This document shows, one piece after another, positions 31,182 to 40,652 of a DNA stretch of 64,000 nt. Both the position numbers and the translations under genes were made by a program. The stretch comes from Hyphomonadaceae bacterium (GTDB taxonomy: Bacteria > Pseudomonadota > Alphaproteobacteria > Caulobacterales > Hyphomonadaceae). Numbering within the stretch: position 1 is the first letter of the stretch; every line of letters begins with the position of its first letter. The DNA lies in assembly GCA_043513745.1 (NCBI GenBank), contig CP121341.1:298599-362598 (forward strand), read 5' to 3'. The notes under the pieces were generated by a model that did no database searches, was not told the DNA's origin, and saw only the letters and a list, made by a program, of their open reading frames with translations.

Positions 31182-32156
31182 CTATTCTGGCTTCGAGCCT
31201 TCATCCCCTTCGGCCACGACCGTACTCGCGCCAAAAATGCGTCCATTAAGAACAGGCATTGCAGCAGCGTTTGGGTCGATCGGCGGCTGGATGTCGCTGA
31301 ACGTCATGCGCATCCGCAATTCTGGCGCTTCGTCATCTTGTTCGAAACTTTTATAAGCAGCCTCGATCAGATCCGAGACGTGCTGATCGCGCGACCGCGC
31401 CGTCGATCCGCCAAACATAATCGCAACGACACGGCGACCGCGGCGTTTTGCGCTGGCCATCAGGTTGAACCCCGACGCGCGCGTATAGCCGGTCTTGATC
31501 CCGTCCACACCAGAGACTTTGCCGATCAGTTTGTTGTGGTTGCGATAATTGGCACGGCCCCAGCTGAACTTGGTATTGGCGAAATAGCCATAATAGTCAG
31601 CGTGATCTTGCAATAGCCGTTCTGCTAGTACCGACATGTCGCGCGCTGTAGAAAGCTGCTGTGAGTTGGGCAGGCCAGACGCGTTTTTGAACGTCGTGCT
31701 CTCCATGCCCATCGCCTCAGCCTTGGCCGTCATGAGGGTCGCGAAGCGCTGCTCCGTTCCGCCGAGACGTTCGGCAACGACCACAGCCACATCATTTGCA
31801 GATTTGGTGATCAGCGCATTGATCGCGTCCTTAGTCGTGATTGTGGAGCCGGCGCGTAGACGCAGAGAAGATGGCGGCTGGCTCGCCGCCGCGCGCGAAA
31901 CAGGCAACTGCTCATAGAGTTTAACCTCGCCGCTCTTCATCGCGTCGAACAGCATATACAACGTCATCGCCTTGGTCAGCGACGCTGGGTATCTCGGCGC
32001 ATCGGCATGCCGTGCGTGCAGCACCTGGTCGGTTTCGAGATCAATCACGATGGAGGCGTATTTTTCTGCTGATGCCGTCGATTGGGCCCCAAGCGCCAGG
32101 AGGGTTCCGGCCACCAGAGCGGATTTGATCGAAATCGCAGAAAAACCAACGGCCAT
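31182..32156 (-). CDS. D-alanyl-D-alanine carboxypeptidase (peptidase S11)
   Basis: ASLTK, SAND, KTGYTRASGFNL; start trimmed to ATG 32156. Confidence 0.9.
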   Translation of the reverse strand: MAVGFSAISIKSALVAGTLLALGAQSTASAEKYASIVIDLETDQVLHARHADAPRYPASLTKAMTLYMLFDAMKSGEVKLYEQLPVSRAAASQPPSSLRLRAGSTITTKDAINALITKSANDVAVVVAERLGGTEQRFATLMTAKAEAMGMESTTFKNASGLPNSQQLSTARDMSVLAERLLQDHADYYGYFANTKFSWGRANYRNHNKLIGKVSGVDGIKTGYTRASGFNLMASAKRRGRRVVAIMFGGSTARSRDQHVSDLIEAAYKSFEQDDEAPELRMRMTFSDIQPPIDPNAAAMPVLNGRIFGASTVVAEGDEGSKPE

Positions 32157-32290
32157 GCACGGGTCTCCAATTAGAGCATTCCCCGGCATCCCGAGAAAAC
32201 AGTAGGATCGATTCATAAGGTTAGCTAGAGGTAAATGCACATGGCATTTCTGTTAGGATTTGTGCCCCTTTTGTTACCTCAACCTTAATT

Positions 32291-32305
32291 TTGTGCACTG
32301 CACAA
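32291..32305. promoter_or_regulatory. PhaR-type operator upstream of the phasin gene
   Basis: Palindrome TTGTGCACTGCACAA matching the alphaproteobacterial TGC-N3-GCA PhaR motif. Confidence 0.6.
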
Positions 32306-32367
32306 TTTTTTGTTGCAATTGCGAGATGGCGCCGTATATTACGTGGCGTAAACAAGGACTTTGGATC

Positions 32368-32784
32368 ATGACCGCCACCCCTTCTTCTCCGTTCGCTTTG
32401 CCTTTTCGCGCGTTCGATACAGACGCGTTTGCGAACTTCTTTCCCAATCAAGATTCGATGGGCACGCTCGCGCGCGGCGCAATGGAAGCCTCAACCGCCA
32501 GCACACGCGCTTCGGTCAAAGGCATGCAGGATGTCGGACAAACCATGATGGGCCACCTTAAGCAGCAGATGGCTCTGTCGGTTGAAACCGGTAAGAAGCT
32601 GTCCGAAGCGGGCACGCTGTCTGAAGCAATGACCGTACAGACGGGCTTTGTGAAATCAGCTTTCGAGAACAACCTCAAAGGCTTCAACGAGCTTTCAGAA
32701 GTGTATGCCGACACAATGCGTGAGGCATTTGCGCCGCTGGCCAAGCAGGCTAAGAAAACCGCAAAGAGCGCAGCCAGCGCCTAA
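32368..32784 (+). CDS. Phasin family protein
   Basis: Amphipathic helical pattern (..KKLSEAGTLSEAMTVQTGFVKSAFE..), Ala/Lys-rich tail; ATG 32368. Confidence 0.8.
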   Translation: MTATPSSPFALPFRAFDTDAFANFFPNQDSMGTLARGAMEASTASTRASVKGMQDVGQTMMGHLKQQMALSVETGKKLSEAGTLSEAMTVQTGFVKSAFENNLKGFNELSEVYADTMREAFAPLAKQAKKTAKSAASA

Positions 32785-32901
32785 GCGTTCCGCAAACGCC
32801 TGCATATCAGACGCAGTCAAGATAGAGCCGGGCATGAAAGCCTGGCTCTTTCAGTTTAAACACCTGACAAACCCATCGACTTCCGGCAAGTTCGACGGAC
32901 C

Positions 32902-33297
32902 ATGTCTGATTTTATTTCCTTCAAGTCGCTAAAACGCCCGCCCAAGCCCAATACTTGCCTGGTCGCGCCTGAGAATCATTGCCTGGCTGCGGAGCCGGAT
33001 TTTGCGCCGCCTGTTGTGCCGTTGACGGGACGCGGTCTCTATTCGCGCCTCAGTGAAGTCATCGCGTCTGAACGCAGTTGGGGAAAACTCGAAGCAGACC
33101 CCGAACAGTTACGGATCAAGTTCGTCGCGACGACGGGGCTGATGCGCTTCAAAGACGATGTCGATATTGAAGTGATCCCGCTTGAGAATGGCAAAGCAAC
33201 CTTCGCAATCTATTCCCGGTCTCGGATCGGATATTCCGACCTAGGCGCCAATCGCAAACGCGTGAGCGATTTAATTCGACGCGTGACCACAAATTGA
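32902..33297 (+). CDS. DUF1499 family protein
   Basis: PNTCL, RFKDDV, SRSRIGYSDLGANRKRV. Confidence 0.88.
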   Translation: MSDFISFKSLKRPPKPNTCLVAPENHCLAAEPDFAPPVVPLTGRGLYSRLSEVIASERSWGKLEADPEQLRIKFVATTGLMRFKDDVDIEVIPLENGKATFAIYSRSRIGYSDLGANRKRVSDLIRRVTTN

Positions 33298-33372
33298 TCA
33301 ATTTCTAGCTTGATCCTACGGCAACACAGCGTCAGTCTACACTTTCGGAAAGGAACGCTTATCTTCTAGGCC

Positions 33373-33750
33373 ATGTCTATCAGAATCGACCGCATAACGC
33401 TCTCAGACCCAGAAGGGCCGAACGATCCAATGAATCCGGATGGCGGCGATGACGCTGGTCTTGGAATTGCCACCAAGACGCGCGTTCGCACCAAGAAACC
33501 GAGCATGTATCGGGTTTTGATCCTGAATGACGATTACACGCCGATGGAGTTTGTCGTGCTGATCCTTGAGCGCTTTTTCAGCAAGAGCCGGGAACAGGCG
33601 ACTCGGATTATGCTGCACGTTCATCAGAAGGGCGTCGGTGTCTGCGGCGTCTATACGTACGAAGTTGCGGAGACCAAAGTTGCGCAGGTCATGGATATGG
33701 CCCGGCGCAATGAGCACCCCCTGCAATGCACAATGGAAAAAGAGGACTAG
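33373..33750 (+). CDS. clpS: ATP-dependent Clp protease adaptor ClpS
   Basis: [34 protein letters not shown]. Confidence 0.97.
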   Translation: MSIRIDRITLSDPEGPNDPMNPDGGDDAGLGIATKTRVRTKKPSMYRVLILNDDYTPMEFVVLILERFFSKSREQATRIMLHVHQKGVGVCGVYTYEVAETKVAQVMDMARRNEHPLQCTMEKED

Positions 33751-33759
33751 GAGAAACAC

Positions 33760-36078
33760 ATGCCGAGCTTAACCCCTAGCCTCGAAAACGCCCTCGAACG
33801 CGCCCTCACCGCAGCGGGCGAGCGCCAGCACGAATACGCGACTCTTGAGCACCTCCTCCTGGCGCTGACCGAGGATGAAGACGCAATTGAGGTGATGAGC
33901 GCCTGCAAAGTTGACATCGCGTCTCTGAAACAAGCCCTCGAACAATATATCGACGAAGACCTCTCCAGCCTGATAACTGATAACCCGTCAGGACGGGTGC
34001 AGCCGACGGCGGCTTTCCAGCGGGTCGTACAACGCGCCGTTCTCCATGTTGAGAGTTCCGGGCGCGATGAGGTTTCCGGTGCGAACATTCTCATCTCGAT
34101 CTTCTCGGAGCGAGAAAGCCACGCAACGTACTTCCTGCAGGAACAGGACATGACCCGCTATGACGCGGTCAACTATGTCAGCCATGGCGTTTCGAAAGTG
34201 CCGGGTCAGAACCGCCCGACCACGCCGCGGGGCGCAGAGCCAGAAGAGGCCGTTCCAAACGCACCGCAAAGCGAGGCGCTGGATGCCTATTGCGTCAACC
34301 TGAATGAGAAAGCCAAGCAAGGAAAAATCGATCCACTGATCGGGCGTCAGCTTGAAATTGAGCGTTGCATCGAAGTGCTCTGCCGCCGGTCCAAGAACAA
34401 TCCGATCCTCGTCGGTGATCCAGGCGTCGGCAAAACCGCGATTGCGGAAGGCCTGGCACGCATGATCGTCAATGGCGAAGTGCCGGAAATTCTAGATGAT
34501 GCTACGATCTGGGCGCTGGATATGGGCGCTCTCCTAGCTGGCACACGCTATCGCGGCGATTTCGAAGAACGCTTGAAAGCCGTCATGAAAGAAATTGGCG
34601 AGCAGGAAAAAGGCATTCTCTTTATCGACGAGATCCACACCATCATCGGCGCCGGAGCAACCTCAGGCGGCGCGATGGACGCCTCTAATCTGCTGAAGCC
34701 TGCGCTGCAGAACGGCGAAGTGCGGTGCATGGGCTCGACCACGTTCAAAGAGTATAAGCAGCACTTCGAAAAAGACCGGGCTCTGTCTCGCCGGTTCCGC
34801 AAGATCGATGTGGTTGAACCGAATGTCGAAGACGCAGTGAAAATCCTCACCGGTCTCAAATCGACCTTCGAGGATTTCCATGGCCTGCGTTATACCAATG
34901 ACGCCATCCGGGCTGCGGTGGAGCTATCGGCCCGCTATATGACCGATCGCAAGCTGCCCGACAAAGCGATCGATGTGATCGATGAAGCCGGCGCAACGCA
35001 ATGGCTGGTCCCGGAGAGCAAGCGTCGCAAGACGATCGGCGTGAAGGAAGTCGAAGCGATTGTGGCCAAGATTGCCCGCATCCCCCCAAAACAGGTCACG
35101 AAAGACGATGCCCAGGCGATCAAGTCGCTAGAGGCCGATCTAAAGCGCGTGGTCTACGGCCAGGAAGCTGCGATCGACGCGTTGTCGAGTGCGATCAAAC
35201 TATCGCGCGCTGGCCTGCGCGAACCGAACAAACCAATCGGCTCTTACTTGTTCACCGGTCCGACCGGCGTCGGGAAAACCGAAGTGACTCGCCAACTTGC
35301 CTCTATTCTGGGCGTCGAGCTTCACCGCTTCGACATGTCAGAATATATGGAGCGTCACTCGATCTCTCGCCTGATCGGTGCCCCTCCCGGCTATGTTGGA
35401 TATGACGAAGGCGGCCTACTGACGGACGCCGTCATGCAGCACCCTCACTCCGTCGTCCTGCTCGACGAGATCGAGAAAGCACATCCAGATCTGTTCAACG
35501 TGCTCCTTCAGGTGATGGACAATGGCACGCTGACCGATGCGAATGGCCGCAAGGTCGACTTCCGCAATGTCATTCTGGTGATGACCACAAATGCGGGTGC
35601 TTCGGACGCCGCCAAGAACTCCATCGGGTTTGGCCGCGGCCGCAAGGATGACGAACAGGAAGAGGCTCTGAAACGCCTGTTCACACCGGAATTCCGCAAC
35701 CGCCTGGACGCCGTGATTACGTTTGGTGGTCTGACGCCTGAAATCATCGAGCGCGTGGTCGAGAAATTTGTGCTGCAGCTTGAAGTTCAGCTGGCGGATC
35801 GAAACGTGACGATTGAACTGGCCGCAGGGGCCCGCGACTGGCTCGCCAAGCGCGGCTTTGACGCCGAGTTTGGGGCTCGTCCTCTGGCCCGTGTCATTTC
35901 CGAGTACGTGAAGAAGCCAATGGCCGAAGAACTCCTGTTCGGAAAACTCGCCAAAGGCGGCACGGTGAAAATCGGTCACGACAAGAAGAAGGACGAATTG
36001 ACCTTCAAATATGTCGAGGACAAGCCGACCAAGCGGAAGCCAAAGACCCCCGGCAAAGGCAAGCCTGAGAAGGTTTAG
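33760..36078 (+). CDS. clpA: ATP-dependent Clp protease ATP-binding subunit ClpA
   Basis: Two AAA+ modules (GDPGVGKT, GPTGVGKT); follows clpS. Confidence 0.97.
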   Translation: MPSLTPSLENALERALTAAGERQHEYATLEHLLLALTEDEDAIEVMSACKVDIASLKQALEQYIDEDLSSLITDNPSGRVQPTAAFQRVVQRAVLHVESSGRDEVSGANILISIFSERESHATYFLQEQDMTRYDAVNYVSHGVSKVPGQNRPTTPRGAEPEEAVPNAPQSEALDAYCVNLNEKAKQGKIDPLIGRQLEIERCIEVLCRRSKNNPILVGDPGVGKTAIAEGLARMIVNGEVPEILDDATIWALDMGALLAGTRYRGDFEERLKAVMKEIGEQEKGILFIDEIHTIIGAGATSGGAMDASNLLKPALQNGEVRCMGSTTFKEYKQHFEKDRALSRRFRKIDVVEPNVEDAVKILTGLKSTFEDFHGLRYTNDAIRAAVELSARYMTDRKLPDKAIDVIDEAGATQWLVPESKRRKTIGVKEVEAIVAKIARIPPKQVTKDDAQAIKSLEADLKRVVYGQEAAIDALSSAIKLSRAGLREPNKPIGSYLFTGPTGVGKTEVTRQLASILGVELHRFDMSEYMERHSISRLIGAPPGYVGYDEGGLLTDAVMQHPHSVVLLDEIEKAHPDLFNVLLQVMDNGTLTDANGRKVDFRNVILVMTTNAGASDAAKNSIGFGRGRKDDEQEEALKRLFTPEFRNRLDAVITFGGLTPEIIERVVEKFVLQLEVQLADRNVTIELAAGARDWLAKRGFDAEFGARPLARVISEYVKKPMAEELLFGKLAKGGTVKIGHDKKKDELTFKYVEDKPTKRKPKTPGKGKPEKV

Positions 36079-36135
36079 CGTTTTCGGGAACTATCGTAAC
36101 TGACCCCGAATAATAATAAGCTTTGAGTATCCGAA

Positions 36136-36226
36136 GATACCCGCGCAGGCAGGTATCCATGGATGGTTAGATCGTCTTGTTGCGGTGGATGGATTCTGTC
36201 CCTAGACACCTGCCTGCGCAGGTGTC
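36136..36226. repeat. Inverted doublet of 22-bp REP-like palindromes
   Basis: gatacccgc-gcag-gcaggtatc (36136-36157) and gacacctgc-ctgc-gcaggtgtc (36205-36226), between convergent genes. Confidence 0.65.
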
Positions 36227-36251
36227 GGCGAAGGAACTAGGAAGCCCCAGC

Positions 36252-36695
36252 CTAAACCGAAAACGCGCTCTCACGTGCCACGGTCAGGTGTGGGGCGCCG
36301 TCGCTGGTCTTTTTCCAAGACACACCTTCCGGCGAAACCAGCGCTGTGACGCGTTGCCGAAAGGCAGAAAAGCTCTCCCAGTCAACCACATCGACAGGGT
36401 CGTCAAAGTGCAGGGTCAGCTCATACCCTTCGCCGCCATGCAATTCGCGAACGGCATGGACACGGCCTCGAAAGGCTCGCTTCAGATAGGCCCCGCTGAC
36501 ACGCTCTCCGACTTGCCAGCAAGCTTCAGGTTCGTTCGACAGTCGGGCGGCGGCGGTGTTCCAATCGCGAAACCCCATCTCACGCGCGACTTGCTCGAGC
36601 GCGGCCGCATAGCTGAGCTTCGTCTCGCTATTTGCTTTGAGTTCGCGCGCACGGGCCTTTGCCTGCACGCGGGTATAAATGTGCTGTATCATCAC
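36252..36695 (-). CDS. Glyoxalase-superfamily-associated protein
   Basis: N-terminal AKARARELK..LSYAAALEQVAREMGFRDWNT motif. Confidence 0.7.
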   Translation of the reverse strand: MMIQHIYTRVQAKARARELKANSETKLSYAAALEQVAREMGFRDWNTAAARLSNEPEACWQVGERVSGAYLKRAFRGRVHAVRELHGGEGYELTLHFDDPVDVVDWESFSAFRQRVTALVSPEGVSWKKTSDGAPHLTVARESAFSV

Positions 36696-36903
36696 AGCGT
36701 CCTTTCACAATTCCAGTGTGGTCCAGCGAAGGGCGGGGCTCGCATTGCCGCCAGACCAGAAGTGAAAAGGTCTGCGATAGGCCGGAAAATCCGGGAGGTC
36801 TTCACCAAGGACTTTCGTCCAGCGAGCGGCAGGCGCCTCAACCGAGGCGCTCCCTTACGCGAGAAAGCGGGGAAAGGTCAACTCACCGTACTCAAATACC
36901 TGA

Positions 36904-38763
36904 TCAGGCTTTTTCCGGGTCGCCGTCCATGATCTCCATCATCCGGTCGTGCAGGTCGGCTTCCCAGGTCTCTGATCGTTCGCGGACGCGGCTGACATAA
37001 GCCTCGTTCTCGTGCGCCGGTATGTCCATGTCGTAGACGTCAGCAACTTCGATCATCGATTGTTGATCCATCTCATGGAATGCCATTTTCATTTCGTCCG
37101 CTGCCTCGCGCGGAACACCCATCGCTTCGAACGCAGAACGCCCAATTCTGAGCGAGCTGTCATAGGTTTCACGAATGATGTCGCGGCATCCATGCGCCCA
37201 TAGCTCATAGACGTGATGGCGATCGACGGCCCGGGCGATCACATGCAGATCGGGGAAATTACGAGTGGCATAAGCGACGAGTTCAGTGATCTGTTCCTTA
37301 TCATCAATAGTAACGATGAGCATTTTCGCCTTGTCGATCCCGGCCGCGTGCAGCAGGTCCGGCCGGGTTGCGTCGCCAAAATAGGCGTGGCTGACGCCGT
37401 AAGTCCGCAAGATATCTAGCTGCTTGGAGCTGTAATCGATCACCGTCGAGGTATAGCCAGCGGTCCGCAACATGCGGTCGACGATCCCACCAATCCGGCC
37501 TCGGCCCGCAATAATGATCCCATTGTTTTCAGTGATCTCATCGGCTTCAGCCTCCTGCCCGCGCGCGTAAATCCCAGCGACGATCTGATCGTAGAGAATG
37601 AACAGGAGCGGCGTGATCAGCATCGACAAGGCGACCACAAGCAAGAGTAAGCTGGCAACGTCGTCAGGAATGATCCCGTTTGTGGTCGTAAAGGCGAGCA
37701 AAACGAAACCGAATTCCCCGGCCTGCGCCAGACCGAGCGTAAACAGCCAGCGCTGCGCCCCACGAATCTTGAAGGCCGTACCGAGCAAGAAGAGCACCGT
37801 CGCTTTCAGCAGGATCAAGCCTACCGTCATGCTGATCACCAGGCCAAAATTCTCAGACAAGAGTTGGAAATTAATTCCAGCCCCGACGGTGATGAAGAAC
37901 AGCCCCAGCAGCAGGCCCCGGAATGGGTCGATGTCTGATTCCAGTTCGTGCTTATATTCAGAGTTGGCGAGGACGACGCCCGCCAGAAACGTGCCGAGCG
38001 CAGGCGACAGACCGACCAGAGTCATCAATAGCGCGATCCCGATAACCATCAACAAAGCTGTGGCCGTGAACAGTTCACGCAGTTTCGCGCCCGCGACAAA
38101 TCGGAAGATCGGTCGTGTCAGATAGTTCCCGCCTAGAATCACAGCAGCAATGGCACCGACAGTAACCAGCATGGTCTGCCAGCCATTCAAATTCTCGACC
38201 AGGCTGATGCTATGCTCATCGCCGCCGCCGGCGGTCAGGGTCGCGACTTCCGGGAAAGCCAGCAGCGGAATGATGGCCAGCATCGGAATGAATGCGATGT
38301 CCTGGAACAGGAGCACAGAAAAGCTCGCTTGGCCGCCATCGCTCTTCATCAGGCCTTTCTCATTCAGCGTCTGCAGCACAATCGCCGTTGAGGACAGTGA
38401 CAGGATCATGCCGATCACCAACGCCGTGTTCCATGATTGCCCAAACGCCATCGCCACTGACATGACCAGCAACATGGTCATCAGGACCTGCCCTCCGCCA
38501 AGCCCCATCAATCGATTTCGCATTTGCCAAAGCAGCTTGGGTTCCAGCTCCATCCCGACCAGGAACAACATCATCACGACGCCAAACTCGGCAAAATGCT
38601 GCAGGGCTACGACGTCGACCTGTAGCAGGCCCAGGAGCGGACTGATGCAAATACCCGCAATCAGGTATCCCAGCACCGATCCGAGCTTCAACCGCGTCGC
38701 GATTGGAACAGCGATGATCCCAGCACATAACAGAATGAAGGCGAGGAGGAGAAAATCGGACAT
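36904..38763 (-). CDS. KefB/KefC-type CPA2 potassium efflux antiporter with KTN/RCK domain
   Basis: LGSVLGYL, LFQD, LGTFLAG, GEFGFV and GDATRPDLL motifs; start trimmed to ATG 38763. Confidence 0.92.
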   Translation of the reverse strand: MSDFLLLAFILLCAGIIAVPIATRLKLGSVLGYLIAGICISPLLGLLQVDVVALQHFAEFGVVMMLFLVGMELEPKLLWQMRNRLMGLGGGQVLMTMLLVMSVAMAFGQSWNTALVIGMILSLSSTAIVLQTLNEKGLMKSDGGQASFSVLLFQDIAFIPMLAIIPLLAFPEVATLTAGGGDEHSISLVENLNGWQTMLVTVGAIAAVILGGNYLTRPIFRFVAGAKLRELFTATALLMVIGIALLMTLVGLSPALGTFLAGVVLANSEYKHELESDIDPFRGLLLGLFFITVGAGINFQLLSENFGLVISMTVGLILLKATVLFLLGTAFKIRGAQRWLFTLGLAQAGEFGFVLLAFTTTNGIIPDDVASLLLLVVALSMLITPLLFILYDQIVAGIYARGQEAEADEITENNGIIIAGRGRIGGIVDRMLRTAGYTSTVIDYSSKQLDILRTYGVSHAYFGDATRPDLLHAAGIDKAKMLIVTIDDKEQITELVAYATRNFPDLHVIARAVDRHHVYELWAHGCRDIIRETYDSSLRIGRSAFEAMGVPREAADEMKMAFHEMDQQSMIEVADVYDMDIPAHENEAYVSRVRERSETWEADLHDRMMEIMDGDPEKA

Positions 38764-38912
38764 GGCGGGCGCTCGTCGATGGGAAAGGTTTGAAGCGATA
38801 TAGGCGTATTTTTCGCGATTGCGAAAGCTGACGAGTCGGGAACAGCTCATCCGGTTGTTCTGTCCCCCAAAACTGATGTACAAAGCCCTAGTTGAGTATT
38901 GGGAGGTGACGT

Positions 38913-40652
38913 GTGCTTAAGTGGTTTCTCGGCATCCTGGTTATTGTCGGCGTCGGCTGCGCAGCGGCCTGGTGGTGGCTGAATCGACCTTTGATTATTC
39001 GCCATCCCGACTTTGGAACGGATTGCGCTGATCTCGTTTCTCAAGATCGCCTCGATCGCAAGGTCGACTGTATTCGCGTCTGGTACGGCACCAATCGCAA
39101 GCTCGAAACGGGCGACGCGATGCTCGCCTCTGATGCTGCCGATGTGATTGAAGGCACAGGCGAAAATGGCGAATCCCTCCGCCTCGGCCGGGCAGATGTC
39201 TGGCTTCCAAAGCTGATTGAAGATGGCGGCTCGCGCGAACGCGGAGAAACCCCTCATGTCCAGGGCCAGGCTCCGAATGATGCCGACAAGCTCTCCGAAT
39301 ATGTTTTCCTGACTCGAATCACGACGAGCGGGCGCGAAACCTTCACGGCAACGCTTCAAGACGCCATCTATTATGAGGGATCCGACGCGATCCTGTTATT
39401 TGTGCATGGCTTCAACGTGAAATTCGACGATGCGCTGGTGCGCGCGGCACAGCTCTCGAACGACCTGTCACGCAACGAATCCTATGATGTCGGCATTCCC
39501 GTTCTCTACAGCTGGCCGTCTGCTGGTGAAGTTTCGATTGAGGAATACCGGGGCGATCGTGATCGCTCGATCAATTCCGCCCCTTATCTGGAAGAATTTC
39601 TCGATCTGATCACCGAAGACCTGGACGTCAGCCGGATCAATATTATCGCCCACTCCATGGGCAACCGCGTCCTCACCAAAGCGCTTGAGGATTATGCGCG
39701 AGACTATCTCGTTCGCCACGACCGGGATGATCTCGAGTTTCGGATCCTATTGGTGGCCGCTGATGTGGAGCGTGACGTGTTTGCCGCCGCGAATGGCGTG
39801 TTCGATAATCTCGATGCGAATGTCACGATTTACACGTCTGATACAGATCGCGCGCTCTATGCGTCGAACATTCTCAATCAGGCGAAACGGCTGGGGGAAA
39901 CCGACACTGACAAGCCCTACATTCGCAACGCGCAGAACTATCAGACGATTGATGCAACCGCTGTGACCACGCAATTGTTCGGGACGGGACACAATTACTA
40001 TTCCGACAATCCGACCATTCTTTGGGACATGATGTGCACGATTGGCGAAACGCGGCCCCAGGATCGCGCGCTCGAAATTGCGCGCTATGGCGGATTGCCA
40101 GACGGCGATCCGTATTACCGGGTCAATTCAATGATCGCGCCGCAAACCGAAGCCTGCACCTTGCATCGGTCAGCTTTCCCGGCCGGGCGCCTCGACGTTG
40201 CCGAGCCTGAAGACGCCTCTGCACCAGAACCAGCGCCCCGCCGCGATCGCAGCCTCGCTCCGCCGCCACCCCCGCCAGAGCCTGTGGTGGAGATGGAACC
40301 AATGGCCGATCCACAATCGCTTCCCCTGGAAACGACATTCTATGTCGTCGACTATGAAGCCACCGATCTGACGCCATATGAAGCGGTTTTGCGCCAGGTT
40401 CTCGACAGCGGTGAGACGATCGAATCTTTGACCATTAGCGCATACAACGACACGGCAGGGCTCGATGCAGAGAGCCGCGTCCAGACGGTTCGCTTTGCCA
40501 ATCTCGTCCGAGACTGGTTCATCGCCAACGGGGTCGATCCGAGTGCAATTACGACGGTCGGATATGGCGAGCAGGAGCTCGCCGTTGCGACCGAAGACGG
40601 GGTGGATCAACAATTGAACCGCCGCGTCGTGATCGAAGTCGTATCGAACTAG
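38913..40652 (+). CDS. DUF900-type alpha/beta hydrolase with Pro-rich linker and OmpA-like C-terminal domain
   Basis: LFVHGFN, YSWPS, AHSMGNR; C-terminal GYGEQ..NRRVVI. Confidence 0.85.
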   Translation: MLKWFLGILVIVGVGCAAAWWWLNRPLIIRHPDFGTDCADLVSQDRLDRKVDCIRVWYGTNRKLETGDAMLASDAADVIEGTGENGESLRLGRADVWLPKLIEDGGSRERGETPHVQGQAPNDADKLSEYVFLTRITTSGRETFTATLQDAIYYEGSDAILLFVHGFNVKFDDALVRAAQLSNDLSRNESYDVGIPVLYSWPSAGEVSIEEYRGDRDRSINSAPYLEEFLDLITEDLDVSRINIIAHSMGNRVLTKALEDYARDYLVRHDRDDLEFRILLVAADVERDVFAAANGVFDNLDANVTIYTSDTDRALYASNILNQAKRLGETDTDKPYIRNAQNYQTIDATAVTTQLFGTGHNYYSDNPTILWDMMCTIGETRPQDRALEIARYGGLPDGDPYYRVNSMIAPQTEACTLHRSAFPAGRLDVAEPEDASAPEPAPRRDRSLAPPPPPPEPVVEMEPMADPQSLPLETTFYVVDYEATDLTPYEAVLRQVLDSGETIESLTISAYNDTAGLDAESRVQTVRFANLVRDWFIANGVDPSAITTVGYGEQELAVATEDGVDQQLNRRVVIEVVSN

